Below the pieces are notes generated by a model. That model worked only from the letters and a program-made list of their open reading frames with translations. It did not search any database and was not told the DNA's origin. From assembly GCA_964255285.1 (NCBI GenBank), contig CAXUUL010000012.1, positions 1 through 64,000 on the forward strand: a DNA stretch of 64,000 bases. The letters run 5' to 3'. The DNA comes from Ionaspis alba (lineage: Eukaryota). Both the position numbers and the translations under genes were made by a program. Below, piece by piece: positions 1 through 15,208 of this stretch. Every line of letters begins with the position of its first letter. The stretch's first letter is position 1.

Positions 1-109
1 AGTGGGGCTCGTGGGGCTTTCCACGAGGCTGAGATATCAGATTTTAAAATGACCGAGAAACCCTTCTTTCTTATCTCTTGTACTCATTTCACCTCCCGTT
101 TTTGCCGCC

Positions 110-2549
110 ATGGAGGGGCTCGCTGGTGCGGCCAGTGCTTTTGCCGTTGTTTCTGTCGCAGGGCAATTAGGGGTCGGCATCAATCACCTAATCCGGTTCT
201 GGAACTCGATCAAAAATGCGCCAAGCGACATTCAGTCCATTGGCAGAGAGCTCAAGCTGCTTCAAGCTGTTCTACATGATATCGAGGATGCCCAGCAGCA
301 GTACGGCCCCGATCCAGCTGTCACCGATGCACTCGCAAGCTGCGGCGACCAGGTCAAGCATCTTATAACCCTCACCGATGGGTTCGAGGCAGGGTTCGCT
401 GTTCGGAATCCACATATGAGAACATGGGCTGCTCTGAAGGCTGTTCTCAAGCAGGACAAGCTCAAGAAGTTTCAGGAGGTCCTCCGGGACACAAAGTTGA
501 CGTTGCTGCTTGCCCAACAAAGTGCTACCAGGTCTGGAACATCAGCGGATGCCGACGAAGAGTCGTGTTTACTGATTATTCTGACCTAGCGGAGCTGCCA
601 GTGCCTATTACCGCAGTTCTAACTCACAGCTTTCCAGCCTAGTCGCCCATCTAACACGACTGCAGGCCGATGCGCCACCACTGATAGTCGAAACGAAAGC
701 CGCCCACTCTGATCTCGTGTCTCACATATCAGCATTACAATCACAGGTCTCTCGACTTGCAGCAAGTACCCAGAATCCCGCCCACAAAGTTGCACTAGAG
801 GAAGGAATGGGGAAGGCCTTGCAGCAGAAGCTAAATGATCTGAAACCACGCGACCCCCACGCTAAAAGTGCGAATCAAGACCGGGAACCTTCCAGCACTT
901 CGAGTCTGCAGCGCGCCAAAGACTTCGTCATACATTGGGAGCGTAGCCGTCGGCGAAACCTATTTGGTACAGTTTCTATAACTACTGAAGTCACCCAACT
1001 CGGTCGAAGCCGTGACAAAGATTTCGAAGACCTGGAAAACGACGACTTTATTCGCACAACCTCCCTCAGCATTCGTCCTGCTGAATGGCTTTTCAGACTG
1101 GGACTTGGTTTCTGCCTTCAGATTGGCGCTCGAGAGAGCTCCCAAGGGTGGAAATGTAGTCTCGAAGCGCCACGAGCTGTACCGAACGATGCCCCCATTT
1201 TCTCTGCCTGTAAATCCGGTCATCTCGACAAAGTGAAACGTCTTTGTGCTGATGGTCAAGCGTCAGTCTGGGACACAGACGAAGTTGGGCAAACCCCCTT
1301 AGAGGTATACTTCCCCCTCTTAGTCGTTGATATCAGCTGGGTGGTGTTTCCTGACGCTGTTTCTGATCAATCGGCCTCTAGTTTGCATTCTCGTATTGTC
1401 GTCCGGACATCTGCCGCTTTCTCATCATGGAAGCAGCCGGCAAGACTGATACTTCCAATCTTTCCACGTTGTAATGCCTCGTACTCCATTGCCCTCAGCC
1501 CTTTACTAAACGTCTTCAGCCATCCATCGGCACCATCTTTATTCGGCAGTACTTCCGTCGAAGACCGACAGATTGACACTCTGCGTTTGTTTCTGGATCA
1601 GATCGATTTGTGTACAGAGACCGCGGCTTCGGATTTCAGCTGGAGAGTTCTGTATTCCCTTCTGCAGCACTCCAGGATTCGCACCTTCGAATGGCTCTTT
1701 CGCATATCTATCCTAGGAATGGCGGGACCTTTTAATCGCCACGCACTTGGCATACTAGTATGGTTTTTACCAGACAATTCCGAATGGCAAACATTGTTCG
1801 TCTCAATATTATCAGCACTCGACAAGGAAAATATCGAACTATCAATAAATGTCTCTTGGTTCATATCTCAGGGAAAACACGTAGAAGCCCCACTTTCAGA
1901 ACTGATAAGACTCGGTGCAAATGTTCATCCGCGATACTTCGGTCCAAGCCCAACAGCAATTGCGATGCGTTCCTCGCTATCCTTCCACCATTGGCGAAAC
2001 AGCCTTCTTCTTGCGTTTATAGATCTAGAAGACTTCGTTCGGCAGGAATGTCAACATGGTTCAGTGGCGGAGGCAGGCTGGAACGAAGACACCCTACTTG
2101 CGCTATTCCGATTGGACCAGCGACCTGCTCGACAGCCTTGCGATGTGTGTTTCAGGTGCTCGGTTGTAAGATCGCCGCACGATAGGAAAGTGGTAGCTGT
2201 CGAAATCGGATGGCAGCTCGACTTGGAGAGATTGAAAGCAGGAGTGAGCAATCAAGCCGGAATTGAGAAGGCCACAACCGATCCAAATGTTGAAAGGGAT
2301 AGAAAGAGCATGGAGGATAGCATGGAGGATAGCATGTCAGTAGATGATGCTATGGACGATGACGGAGAACAGAGGCAGAGCAAGAAAGGTATTCACTGTC
2401 CGTGTGTGCAGCATTTTTCCTTCGTATGCTACTATTGTTGGCTGGAGCTCTTAGACCACGAGCACGTTGACGAGTCCGCGGATACAACCTCATCTTCGTC
2501 CTCGGAATTATCAGATTGGGAAGACTCGATGTTCCTGTTGTCGATCTGA
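110..2549 (+). CDS. Fungal STAND N-terminal (HeLo-like/SesA-type) domain plus ankyrin-repeat protein with Cys-rich C-terminus; spliced
   Basis: N-terminus MEGLAGAASAFAVVSVAGQL...FWNSIKNAPSDIQSIGRELKLL is typical of fungal HeLo-like N-terminal domains. An intron at about 532-589 joins it in frame to the 717 ORF. Ankyrin-like APIFSACKSGHLDKVKRL...DEVGQTPL is present. Further introns at 1305-1381 and 1471-1519. Confidence 0.75.
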
Positions 2550-3456
2550 TTGTTGGAGTTCACTGTCAGAGGCGCAGTTGGGATGACAGCTTTCATGTCA
2601 ATCAGAGACTGTATCTGAGCCCGTTGGGAATTTAGAGGGGCAAAGCTATGGAGGAACTAAGTACGTACTCTATACAACAGTATAAGTAGGATTGCTAGTA
2701 TCCTAGCCATCTAATACAGCTGTCTTTGGCCATCATTACAAGAACACGTCAACGTGGTATATCACGATTGAAGCTGTAGGAATGTGTAACGAGCAGTAAC
2801 AAATTATCCCCTATCATACACCTCCACATTAAGTCATACTACGTAACTATAGTACACACATCCAAGCAGCTGATCTCAAAAGAACGAATGACACAGAAAC
2901 AAAGATACAAGAAAGAAAGATCAACTAGGCCAAAGCGTGTTCCACATTCCCATGACATTAAAAATTGCTCCTCGATCCCTTGTTCATGCCCGCAAATATG
3001 TCGTGAAGCCGTCTTTCCATTTCCCCATTATTCTGCATTTTGCGTCCGCCCTTCCTTCCTGATCGTTCCTTCGTGAAAAGCTTTTGTGGGAGTAGAGTAT
3101 ATATGATGAGAGAAAGACGGTGGTGAGCTCTCAAGGACGGCCAGGTCGACGAGCTACAGGTAGATTGTATGCCTCGGAGTCGGTGGAGGAGATTCTGAAG
3201 CGAGGACTTCGTGCTCGAGCAAGACGACACCGCGGAAGCGGAAGAGCTCGAGGGTTCGTGCACCAGTGCTAGCTTGTTGGGCCCGTCATCCTTGGCGCAA
3301 GAATGATCAGATATAGACCATCTGTGACAGAGTAGGATGTCAGCCTTCATGCTGAAAGCAAAGCTCGAGCCAACCACGGACCCGGCTCCGGTAGTGGACA
3401 AGGCCGCAGCCTCGTCACCTCCAAAGCCAAAGTCCTTCAAAAAATGGGAGCCCGAA

Positions 3457-6400
3457 TCAACGAGGGCGCTTCACCTGCTGTTGGTCATTGAAGTATGACG
3501 ATTCCACATTCCACCTCCTTTTCAAAATATTGGGTTCGTATGTACTAGCCACAGTGTCTTGCCACATAGTCGGGCTGACAAAAGAATGGCCCGCTGACGG
3601 ATATGAAGTCGGCAGCGATGGTTGCAGTTGGGAGATAGGAGGCATGTTTGAAGTAAGGTTGAAGTGTTGCTGCTGCTGCATAGCATCATGCAGGGTGGGG
3701 AGATCGTGCGAGGGGACCGGCGATTGGGTATAGATGGTGGGGGAATGCTGAGACATAGAGCTCGCAGTGGCAGAGACGGAACTCGTGGGCGTTCCGAAGG
3801 CTGTGTTCCATTGACTTCGCGCAGGGTTAGCAGGGCTTCTTACCATAAGTGATTTGAAACTACGATGGGAAGTCTTGGCGCCATACTCAAAAATCCTCGT
3901 CGGGTTCCACGACATGTCTTCATCATCTAAAGCGCCTGTTGGAATTTGTGGTTGTTGTCTTTGACCATTCGCCATCATGGCTAAGGAGACTGCTGCGAGC
4001 GATCCATCTTTGGCGTCATCATGACCAGCCGAAATGGGAGGGGTCATTGGCGTGGTGCTGTAGCCACGAAGCGTTGGTGTCTGTTCACTAATTGACTGTG
4101 GACCTAGATTGCTTTCGGAGTAGTGTCCTTCGAGCGGCGGACTTGGTTGCGAGCGAGCAACCGGACTGCCGTAAGGAAAGCTCGGCTTCAACACAAATGG
4201 TTTGTTCGTGTCTGCTGAGAATGCCTCACGAAGGGATTGGATTTGAGCTTGCATATCTTGGCTCGGCCAGTGCGCGGTGCAGTTCTCGAGGATCCGCATA
4301 TGTCGGGTGAAATAGTCCTTAGCATCACCATTGAAGTCGGGGTCTGGCGAAGTGATAGCAACCTAGCTTTTGCATCAGTTTATGACACTTAATTGGGAGA
4401 CTAAATTGACTTACGAGATGCAACATGACGCATGTCAAGATGCAATAGATCGCGAAATTAACGCCTAATAAAGTCAGTTGTCTGTCCCAAAAAGCTCGAG
4501 AGTGATTACATACCTCGTTGCATACAGATGAAGCCATTCTGCCCATGAGTCTGCCACAGAGCTTCCTGAAGCCTGCACATATTCTTGGCAGAAGAATAAC
4601 AGAGCGCCATATGTTGCTTCCAACTACCTCCAGCAGCGAAGGACGAGGAGTTCATAAGCTGGGGGCGATGAAGCATAATGATGCTGAGATGGAAGTAGCA
4701 ATGCATGTTACCGACGAAATGACTTGGAAGCCATGGTGGTGATCCATCGGGAGGGTAGTGAATCTGCATGTCCACTGGGAGCTCCTCAGCCCACTTCGCG
4801 AACATAGGGTTCAAGTTGACGAATCGAGGATTGGAGCCCCAATCCTTTTGCTTCCTGATCTTGACGTAGATATCATTCAATATCCGGATGTTACGGGCAA
4901 TTCGGATAAGGAAGGTGAAATTCCGAGAGACAAGATCTTCTGGATCCAAGGCTTCAGGGGGTGTATCTTTGACACTGACATCCACAGTCTCCGTGTCGAC
5001 ACCCATATCAAAACGTCCTATTCCAGGTCAATCTCGGTAATTGCTAGAGGCGTCCACAGTCTAAACGCACCTTGAGGACCTCCAACCATCATCTCGCAAA
5101 CATAAATATTCTGCCAGATACGTTTCTTGACAAGGCATTCAGTTGGATCAGAGCCACATCCTCTGCCTTCTTGGTGATCCATGTAATGTTCGTTTAGTTC
5201 AAGATCCTTGGCCATCGCAACGATAGTCTTTATGGTCATCCAAGATCTATAGTAGTAGCCTCTCTTCGGAGCGGACTCCCTTGCCTTGAGTAGGATAAGG
5301 AGAGCTTGGATAGTGCTCAATCGAGGCACATCCATGAAGCAGTTCTCATGTTCTAAAGAACGTGTTAGTCCGGTCGGGTACGAAACCATTCACAGGTGAA
5401 CACATACTTGAAGCAAGAGCCAGCCATTGAGCACCTTGAGCCGCGTCATCGGACATTCTCCCGGCACATGCGAAGATTGCTTCAAGGAGCAGTGGTGAAA
5501 TCGACCTGCGATTGGTGTTCCACTGCTGATAAAAATAGGACTTGCTGATTACTGGGACGTACGGATGAATTGTAGTAAAGAATATCTCGAAGTATTGCGT
5601 GATTTGATCGTTGTCTGGCATAAGCTCCGGAGGAATGCGCACTGTTGCGCCAGAGCCTGGATTAAGAGCGGGTAGATTCATGTCGTATTCCTCCAATGCG
5701 GGTGCTTCGGCAAGCGTCTTTTTCTGTTGATAGATATATGGCGCTGTTCCGTAGTTAGTGTATAATGCCAAAGTTCCAGGTTTTGTAAGACTTACCAATG
5801 CCAGTTTCGTCGATCTTTAGTTCGCCCAAAGCCTCACTGAGATTCTCAGCAGATATGTCTTCGTGTCTCCACGTGTCGGTAGATTCTGCTGGCTGGATAG
5901 CAACCGGCATCGAATTGCTTCGAGGAAGGTGAAAACTAGATTGAGTGTGATAGGGAGCATCCGAAACGGACATTGAGAGAGAAGAGACACTGTCGTACGG
6001 CATGTGGCCGTGACCCTCCATCTTTTCGACGTATGGGGAAGCATGGAATGCGCCAATACCAGTGGTATACGCAGCTTGAGACGCAGCGGCCAGTTCAGCC
6101 CTGCTGCCAAGTTGGTAAACATTCGACATCATAGGTGGTGGAGGGTAATCTTCATCACCACTCCCTCCGCTAGAGTTGTCGAAGTCCAAGACTCTTTCGA
6201 GTCCGGACACGTGTGACCCGGCAGAGTGTGCTCGGCTGTAATTCACGGTTGGAGGTACGCATTGGAGCTTCAGTCTTACACATGCAGCGCATGGCCAGGC
6301 ATTAGTCGTTGCTGCATCACACTTTATTTTCCGCCTCCGACAGCCCTCGCAAGCTCTCATTACTGTGAACCGGTTTAGTGTTCAGGTTACACGAGTACCA

Positions 6401-6627
6401 TTACTTTGACACGCACCTTTAAGCCTTTTGTGCCGATTGTGTTCGTCCACAAAAACATAATCTGTACCACTTTGTCAGAGACTTAAATCACATCTTCAGG
6501 AGACAGATCGGTTCTTCAACTCACTTTTTTTGGTATCTCCAAGCCCAAGGTTAGGTGGAGCAAACTGGAAAGTCTGCACAGGGGTAGCCTGCGGCAGCAG
6601 CGGCCGCCCACCTGGTCCGCGTTCCAT
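3457..6627 (-). CDS. Zn(II)2Cys6 fungal transcription factor with middle homology (Fungal_trans) domain; multi-exon
   Basis: RACEGCRRRKIKCD...PCAACVRLKLQC zinc cluster; FFTTIHPYVP, LSTIQALLIL and RIWQ...MMVGG motifs. Exons splice back through DYVFVDEHNRHKRLKV to an ATG at 6627 (MERGPGGRPLLP). Confidence 0.9.
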
Positions 6628-9600
6628 CTCCGCTATATTGCTCAAATGTGTTCTTCTCCAGCTCGATTTTCACTGTATTGCGCTGCGCAGTAATGAAATT
6701 GACATGTGACAGAGCCTGGACCGTGCGCATGGAGTTGTGATGGTCGACCAAGGAGGATCGATCACAGGATCGATGGCAGAGAAGGACTGAGATGCTAGAC
6801 AGAAAAGGATCAGTATCTTCGTATAACGCCAGAAGCAGGAGTGTTCCGTACCGGTTGGTCTCTGGCTATTCTCAGAGTCCGATGACACTGCTAATCAGTG
6901 TGATATGTTCGTAGATGATCACTACGAGAACTTCAGCAGGTCTGACGACGAGGGCAACCTATCAGGTACCGTCGTGGGTCAGTGGCGACTGAGCAAAAAA
7001 GGAGCACTGAAGTAGTAGATATAGGAAGGTGGACACAGGTATCAGGTTGAAGCCCAAGTCAAGCGGGCTGGTATGACGATTCTAGCGCACAGTCTGCATC
7101 CGAAAGAGTAAACGTACTATGATAAAGGAAGAGGTACAGCTTCGGGATATATCCTGATCTGGGGGATTCCTCCGTGCGGATGCTGCCGTCTTAGCAATAA
7201 TCGTCAGCAACTTTTAACGTGCTTCCTTCCCCCTTAGACAGGGACAAATCACCTTGGGATTCCTTCCAGAAATGCAAGGGTTGGTGTTGCGAGCAGGGTG
7301 TTGCTAACGCCTGGGTTGGAACATTAATGCTTTGGTCAAATCAGCTAGGGTTCCAAATGTTGGTCTTCTAGAAGGGTGCCGGAACGGTGGCCACCATGCA
7401 GCCCGAGTCGCACCCACCAAAAAGACGTCCCTGAGGTAGATCGGTAGATGCCTTGAGAACTCTGCGAATCAAATGGTGTGTGCGAAGTGCGTAGAACGGA
7501 CACGGCGAGCGTGTTTCGTCGAGGATGGGATGGTTGTGAGGCGAAATGCGAGGTCGAGGCGCGGGGTACGATACGGATCTTTTTGTATTCCTGCACAACC
7601 CAGGAGGGGTGTGAGATGGGGGCAGTGACACTTCGACGATGCCGATGGTTTGCGATCTTGATGCAGGCTCAACGGCTCGAGGCGGCTGCTTTGATTTGGG
7701 AGTGGAAGGCTCGAGGACAACCAACAACGTACCTTAGCTGAAGCTTCCGCGCACACCTGATGTCTCCGCTCACAGCAACAACTGGGCAATCAACGGTCCA
7801 CGATGTCCTCTCACAGAGTCAGCCTCGCACCTGGTATTGTCGGGTCGGACAGCTAGAGGCTCTCAAGACCAGAAATACAATATGGACAAGCATGTGCGAC
7901 TGTGAAGGTCGCTGGCTTCCGAGGCGTTTAGTGGTGGAATTCCTTTCAGCTTACGGGAGGAGTGTAGACAAGGCAAATCCCATCAGGAGCGAGCATTTCG
8001 ACTCCTCTTCGTCCTCGGCTGCGGTAACGACTGCTTTCGATTGGGCCATCGCATGGTGGAGGGCAAGGAAGCCTCGGGGGGCAACTGGGGGAAATCAACT
8101 GGGATCAACTGGGGGTGACATTGCGGTCCCTTGATGGTGCGACATTCGCGAGGGAGCCGGTGCCATTGGTGCCATTCGCAGAACAACGACTGAAGTGCTG
8201 CAGTAGTGGCTGAGTAGATCCTAGACTATGATCAATCCATGGCTCGCCGCTTGACTGACTGCATAACACTCCAGGACACCAGAAGCCCTTGCAGCCTTCC
8301 AGAAGACAGCGATGCCGATCGTCCTAAATTTGGATCGCATTGCAGTGAAAATTTTGAAAGACGTGCGCGATAGAGTGCAGAGACAAAGATAGGGGCAAAA
8401 AAAGTTGCGACTCGGACGTATCATGCATCTTTTGCGCATGGCAACACGGATCTCCTGCGTGTCCGAGGTTCTTCTGGACACGCCTTGGAAGGCATCCACG
8501 GCATCCAGCCGAGTCAACACCCAATCAATGGACAGAGCTTATGCGACCCGCACGAACTGGCTGATCAACGTGGAATCCAGCGATAGCGTCTCTACGATAC
8601 ATTGGTTACACTGTAGCGAATCTGCTTGTACTCGTTCACATGTGCGTCGTCATCGAGCTCCGCATAGGAGCAGCACGGCAAAAACATGTCCTGCATCTCT
8701 CGCGGGAGATCAGCGGCTCGTGCATCAGGTACGCGGGTTTGCGGCTTGTGATATTAACGATCTATACTTGGATACAGTAGTTGAACCTCAGTATGGCCAA
8801 ATATTGCAACACTCCCGCTATCGGATCCAACCAGCTTCTATCAGTGTTGTCTCTGCCTTAACACACCTCTCTGCGCGGTCCCTGTAGAGATTTCTTAGCC
8901 GAGTATTGAGCCTACAAGCGCCCGAATCCAAACCATCAACCAGGTGTCAGATTACTAAGTCTGCTGCGTTATTATCCCGAGACATCGCGGCCACGAGACA
9001 TATTTCAATTCTCACGGTAAGAGACAATATTGCTGATGCAGTCGCACAGAGTACTCCTGAGATCCAGCGGCTGAAACAACACAAGAGCTTACGGCTGAGT
9101 GAAGTAGAGGCATCTGAGTTCTGAGGGCAAGGACAATCACAAGGGAAGAAACCGTGTCTTGGCAAGGAGTGGCGGTGTATCCTCACTGCTCTCACTACAG
9201 CGTCGTTTCAGACGGCTCAAAAGGAAGGCTTCCTTGGGCCTATGAACAGCAGAACCCCACGCTATTTCCGTGTCTCACGGACGTATGAAGGTGACGGCTC
9301 GAGTGTCTTTGAGTCGAATTTTGAAAAGCCAAGTCATCGGTAAAATAATGAAGAGCCACATTATCCTAAAATCCGAGACGGATGCGGGAGACAATCCATG
9401 CTGCAAAGATGCTGGAGAACATCACAGCATGGGAGGTGCGGAGAGAACGAGTCTCAAAACTATTTCAAGCTAGGTATCCTCAAAAGAAAGGGGTAAATGA
9501 GGCTCAAAAATGAATAATGCATGGTAGGAAAGGAAAATATAGGAAGTTTCGACTCGATAGTGCCGGACCATGACTGGCACTAGATCGGAAAGTGCCATGT

Positions 9601-10645
9601 GGTGGCGCATGAGACATTCTAGAAGGTCAATGGAAGCCAGTGAGAACAATTCCTAGGTCATGCACAGGGTTGTTCGGAAAATGGTCCTCAGAAATCCAAG
9701 TCTAAGACTGATTGTCGGGCAACCTATATGAAGGATTCATTTCAAACTGATCCTCGTGGCGTATCTGCCAGCCCAGTTTGCGATAATGAACAGGGTTCTT
9801 AACGGACAGTACACCTCCCGCGTTAGGTGGGGGGAAAGAGCAGACCAGCTAATACCCCCATCATAGAACTATTTTTGGGGCAAGTAATAGAACTGAGACC
9901 AGCATGAACAGGTCACCTTGGCAAAACCTCAAATTCACATGGACAGCCCCGGAATTAGGGATCTCAAGTGATCGAACGATAAGGATGTCTCGTCACATCA
10001 TGCACAGCCGAGCAGACGGGCTGAAATGCGACCTGCTCAAACCGCCAGATTCACCTGCGGACAGAAGCAACGAGAAACATGCGGACGCGACTCGGAGGAT
10101 TATGACGGGTAGATGATAGTTGAGGAGAAATAGGTTTTGTTAGACATGTTGGAAGATATAAGCGTTTTACAATATGCGTTGTAATCAATATGATTGCGTC
10201 CTTCATGCTCACCCTTTTGAACAAAACTGGGGCGTTTTCAACAACAATGTTGGCTTCAAAGTCAAGTCAACCATTGAGGACTCGGCGGAATGATTTGAAA
10301 TATTGCCGTCGGTACTGCTGGTAAAAGTAGCGCAGGAGGACCCTAGGGTGGGGATGACAATGGAGACTGGTGTAACATTTGACGTTTGACGTTTGACGTT
10401 GGAAGATTAACAAGTTCAACAATTGTGCAACAGCTCGCCATTTATGCTATCGGGCAGTCTTCATAGACCGTGCACAAAAAACCACGTAAGAACGTTACAC
10501 TCGAGAAACCGATGTAATCTCTTGGCATAAGCTTTTAGCTCAAAGATGTCGATCAACATTCCCAAATTGAAATTTTTTTCCCATAAACTTAAGGGAACAC
10601 TCAGGAAACAAATCCGAACATAAAAGACTTGCAATAAATATAAAT

Positions 10646-12051
<1,406 letters not shown>

Positions 12052-12151
12052 NNNNNNNNNNNNNNNNNNNNNNNNNNNNNNNNNNNNNNNNNNNNNNNNN
12101 NNNNNNNNNNNNNNNNNNNNNNNNNNNNNNNNNNNNNNNNNNNNNNNNNNN
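12052..12151. other. Assembly gap (100 N)
   Basis: Run of exactly 100 N, which is likely a placeholder; the true size is unknown. Confidence 0.99.
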
Positions 12152-15100
12152 ACATCCTCGCTCAAACCCTTTCTCCTTCTCGTTTTCAGTACAAAGTCCC
12201 TAGCCGTAGCCTGCACACTCGCCATTTCCAGCGGTCTAAGCTTGACATCCTTATCGAGCGGATCCCCCGGTACGACGCTCCATCGTTCAAAGACCAGACT
12301 GACCATTGCTTGGCCTTGTGTATGGATTCTGACATCGGTTTCGAAGCCAAAGCTATCTATTACAGGAAGGAGGCCACGAACGCCATATAGGGGTGTTCCA
12401 GCGATAGGACCATCGGAGAGGACGTGGCCTCGTCGCCGGGAGAGTACGGTGTAGAGCGAAGAAACGGAATCGGCAGGGCCGGTCATGGCTACAGTGTAGA
12501 GTGGTTCCATCAGACGAGGCGAGGCAGTAAGAAAAGAGGAGTAGACAGCGCGGCGGGTTGTAGGGATGATTTGGCCACCACCGCGGAAGATGGCTTGCTC
12601 GGCCAGGGAGATGTCGGTAAGTTTGAATCTGGCGTTACGAATGGCTGAGTTTGTATCGTGTCAGTGCAGTTGGCAAGAAAGGGGACAAAAGTTTATCACT
12701 CACGCTCTTCACATAGAGGTCCTTCTCGTGTCCCCCAGCTAAACCCTTGGCGAATCGTATCGCGGACAGTTCCCAAAAGCTTCTTGTCTACCTGTGAAGG
12801 AAGTGTGTCGTCCTGCAGAATGTTCGGGCCCATTTCGTCTGGCCCGAACGCCCAGATGCTTCTAGATGCTAGTTTGTCCCAGTCGTAATTTTCTTCGAAA
12901 AATTGTCCAACTTTACGGATGGGGTCCTTGATGTTGACTTTTCCAGACTCGATATCTTGGGCAATGCCATCATCCAGGGGTTCGGCAACCATAGTAATCT
13001 TATTCTTCTTATTGGGTGTCAAGGCGTAGCACATAATAGCGGATGTTTCGACCACTGTTTCGCAGAACCTCGTCACAGGATCGGAGACTTTCAATTCCAT
13101 TTCCGAATACAATCGCCGTAAGTCATGAAGCACACAGTCCATGTACAGCTCACCAGTACCTAGCACCACGTGCTCACCAGACTCTTCAACCTTAGTAGTG
13201 ATCAAGGGATAGCTCTTGTTGACTTTTCGCAGACCGTCCAGCATTTTGGGAAGTTCCGAAGGATTTATTGGCTCGACAGCCACTTTGAAGACAGACTCGG
13301 TGAAGTGTCTGATAGGCTTGAAGATGTACGAGTCCTCATCATCTTCGAGCCGTGGAGGAACCAAAGTAGCACTTTTCACAATAGAGTTATCAATACCACT
13401 CAAGAGCACCCAATTACCTGCTGGAACACCACTAGTAGGAACGTTATATCTTGACTCTGCAATCCAGGTATCCGAGATGGTGGACGTCGTCATGTCTTCC
13501 TCGTCGTCGATCGTATATCCCTCACCAAGCACCCGTACCTGTTGGCCAGGTCTTGCTGTACCGCTCATGACTCGACCAAAAGAATAGAACGCCATTGCAT
13601 CCGGTGTGTTGAAGAGTTTGGTAATTTGAACCACCAATGGGCCGTCTTGGTTGCAATTGCCTATGGCAGTTGCGACTTTGGTATCCATTGGTCCCGTATA
13701 GTACTTTTCCAGCTTCTTCTTCGCGCCGTCGACAGGGGAAGGGGTATGCTCGACAATCATGTCAACAAACCCTTCCGCGCCCCCAAAGAACTGTGCGCAG
13801 ACCATCTTGAGAAGATCTCTGGCGTCAGTCTTATACTGAGAAGGTTTCAAATAGATGCCGAGGGTCTTTAATGTAGCTTTGAGATCTTCTGGACTTTCAC
13901 TGATCGTATGCGAGTAGAGCTTATAAATTGGCTCAAGCACAAAATTGACAAAAGTTCGCTTCGACTTCTCTTCCACCCCTTTTCTAGTGAACGATCTTCT
14001 CTTGGGGTTGAAGAATATGTCGCCCCACAATCGAACGCTGAATTCTTTGATGTTGACGTCTGAGTAGCTGTCTGCATACATTTTGGCAAATGAGGGAAGC
14101 GTGAAGATCCAACTCATTGTGCTGCAAGCAAAAGCGACGTTGCCCTTTTCGGGGCTCAAACGTCGCTTCTCTCCTTGCCCAGGGAGCGTGTTTTCAATCA
14201 CTGTGTTTACTTCCTCAATCACATGTTTCAGCTTGAAATATGCGTCTGTGGGCGGCAGCTTGAGTTCGAGGATAAGGCGATCCATCTTATTAACTATCAA
14301 CGTCAAGGGTAGATCTTCGAGTACTGCATATTTGATGATCTGCTCTGTGTTGATTTGTACTCCTTCGACAACATCAACCACCAAAACCACACCATCGACT
14401 AGTCGCAGAGATGCCGCAACCTCATCGACGAAGTTGACATGACCAGGAGTATCCAATATGTTGAAAAGGTGCGATTTACTTCGAGTTCCTTGAAGGACCA
14501 AGCTCATAGGCGCTGCTTTTATGGAGATACCCCTTTCTCGCTCAAGGATATGGACGTCAGTATATCTCAGCTGCTCGTCTCGTTTTCTGCCCGTCCTCTT
14601 CTCCAACCTGTGATCGATGTCGTGTGTTTGCATGACCAGCATGTCCATCAAAGCAGTTTTCCCATGATGCAAATGGCCCGCAAATGCAATGTTCCGGATT
14701 TGTTCCGGGAAGTTCATAAGATCCATCATGAAATCTCGAGCAAAACGAACTGGTGGTAGGTCGGCTTCTTGAACGACGAATTTCTTTTGCTGTATAGGCG
14801 CAATGATGGGCTGCGAAAGAGGCTGCGCATCTTCTTCCTGCACCATCGTCTCAACATCGGCTCCATATACTTGTTGCGCGGTAGGATAGTATTGTTTGTC
14901 CTCGTGTAACACGACTGCGTTTGAAGGGCCATCATCTTCAGAACACAAGAACTATTAGATACAGAATCAACAAGAATCCATGTTACTCACCATCGAGATC
15001 CATCAACTGCTGGTCGTTTGTACTAGCAGCTCCGTCTTCCTCCTCGTCCTCATCCAGATAGGTATTTGCGCCATTAAGACCATGTTGCGATTCTTCTTCC

Positions 15101-15208
15101 GAGGACTCCTCCGCTTCCCCAATGAAGTTCCCAAACCTGCGAGGAAGCCATCAGTATCCGATTTGTATGGAAGCTGAGCTTTACTAACTCATCATAAAGG
15201 TCGTTCAT
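12152..15208 (-). CDS. SNU114: 116-kDa U5 snRNP GTPase (EFTUD2/Snu114); 3' end lost in the gap
   Basis: Acidic N-terminus MNDLYDE(FGNFIG), [16 protein letters not shown] and NKMD GTPase motifs, EF-2-like C-terminus ending [17 protein letters not shown]. Confidence 0.96.

Noticed and set aside
2307..2336. 12-bp tandem repeat encoding SMEDSMEDSM
   Set aside because: Ordinary in-frame slippage in a disordered acidic region.
2958..3440. 160-aa ORF just downstream of the transcription factor
   Set aside because: Non-ATG start, no motif, not in frame for stop read-through; most likely 3' UTR.
6670..10116. Many short ORFs in the long intergenic region
   Set aside because: No motifs or coherent splice structure; consistent with chance ORFs in regulatory DNA.
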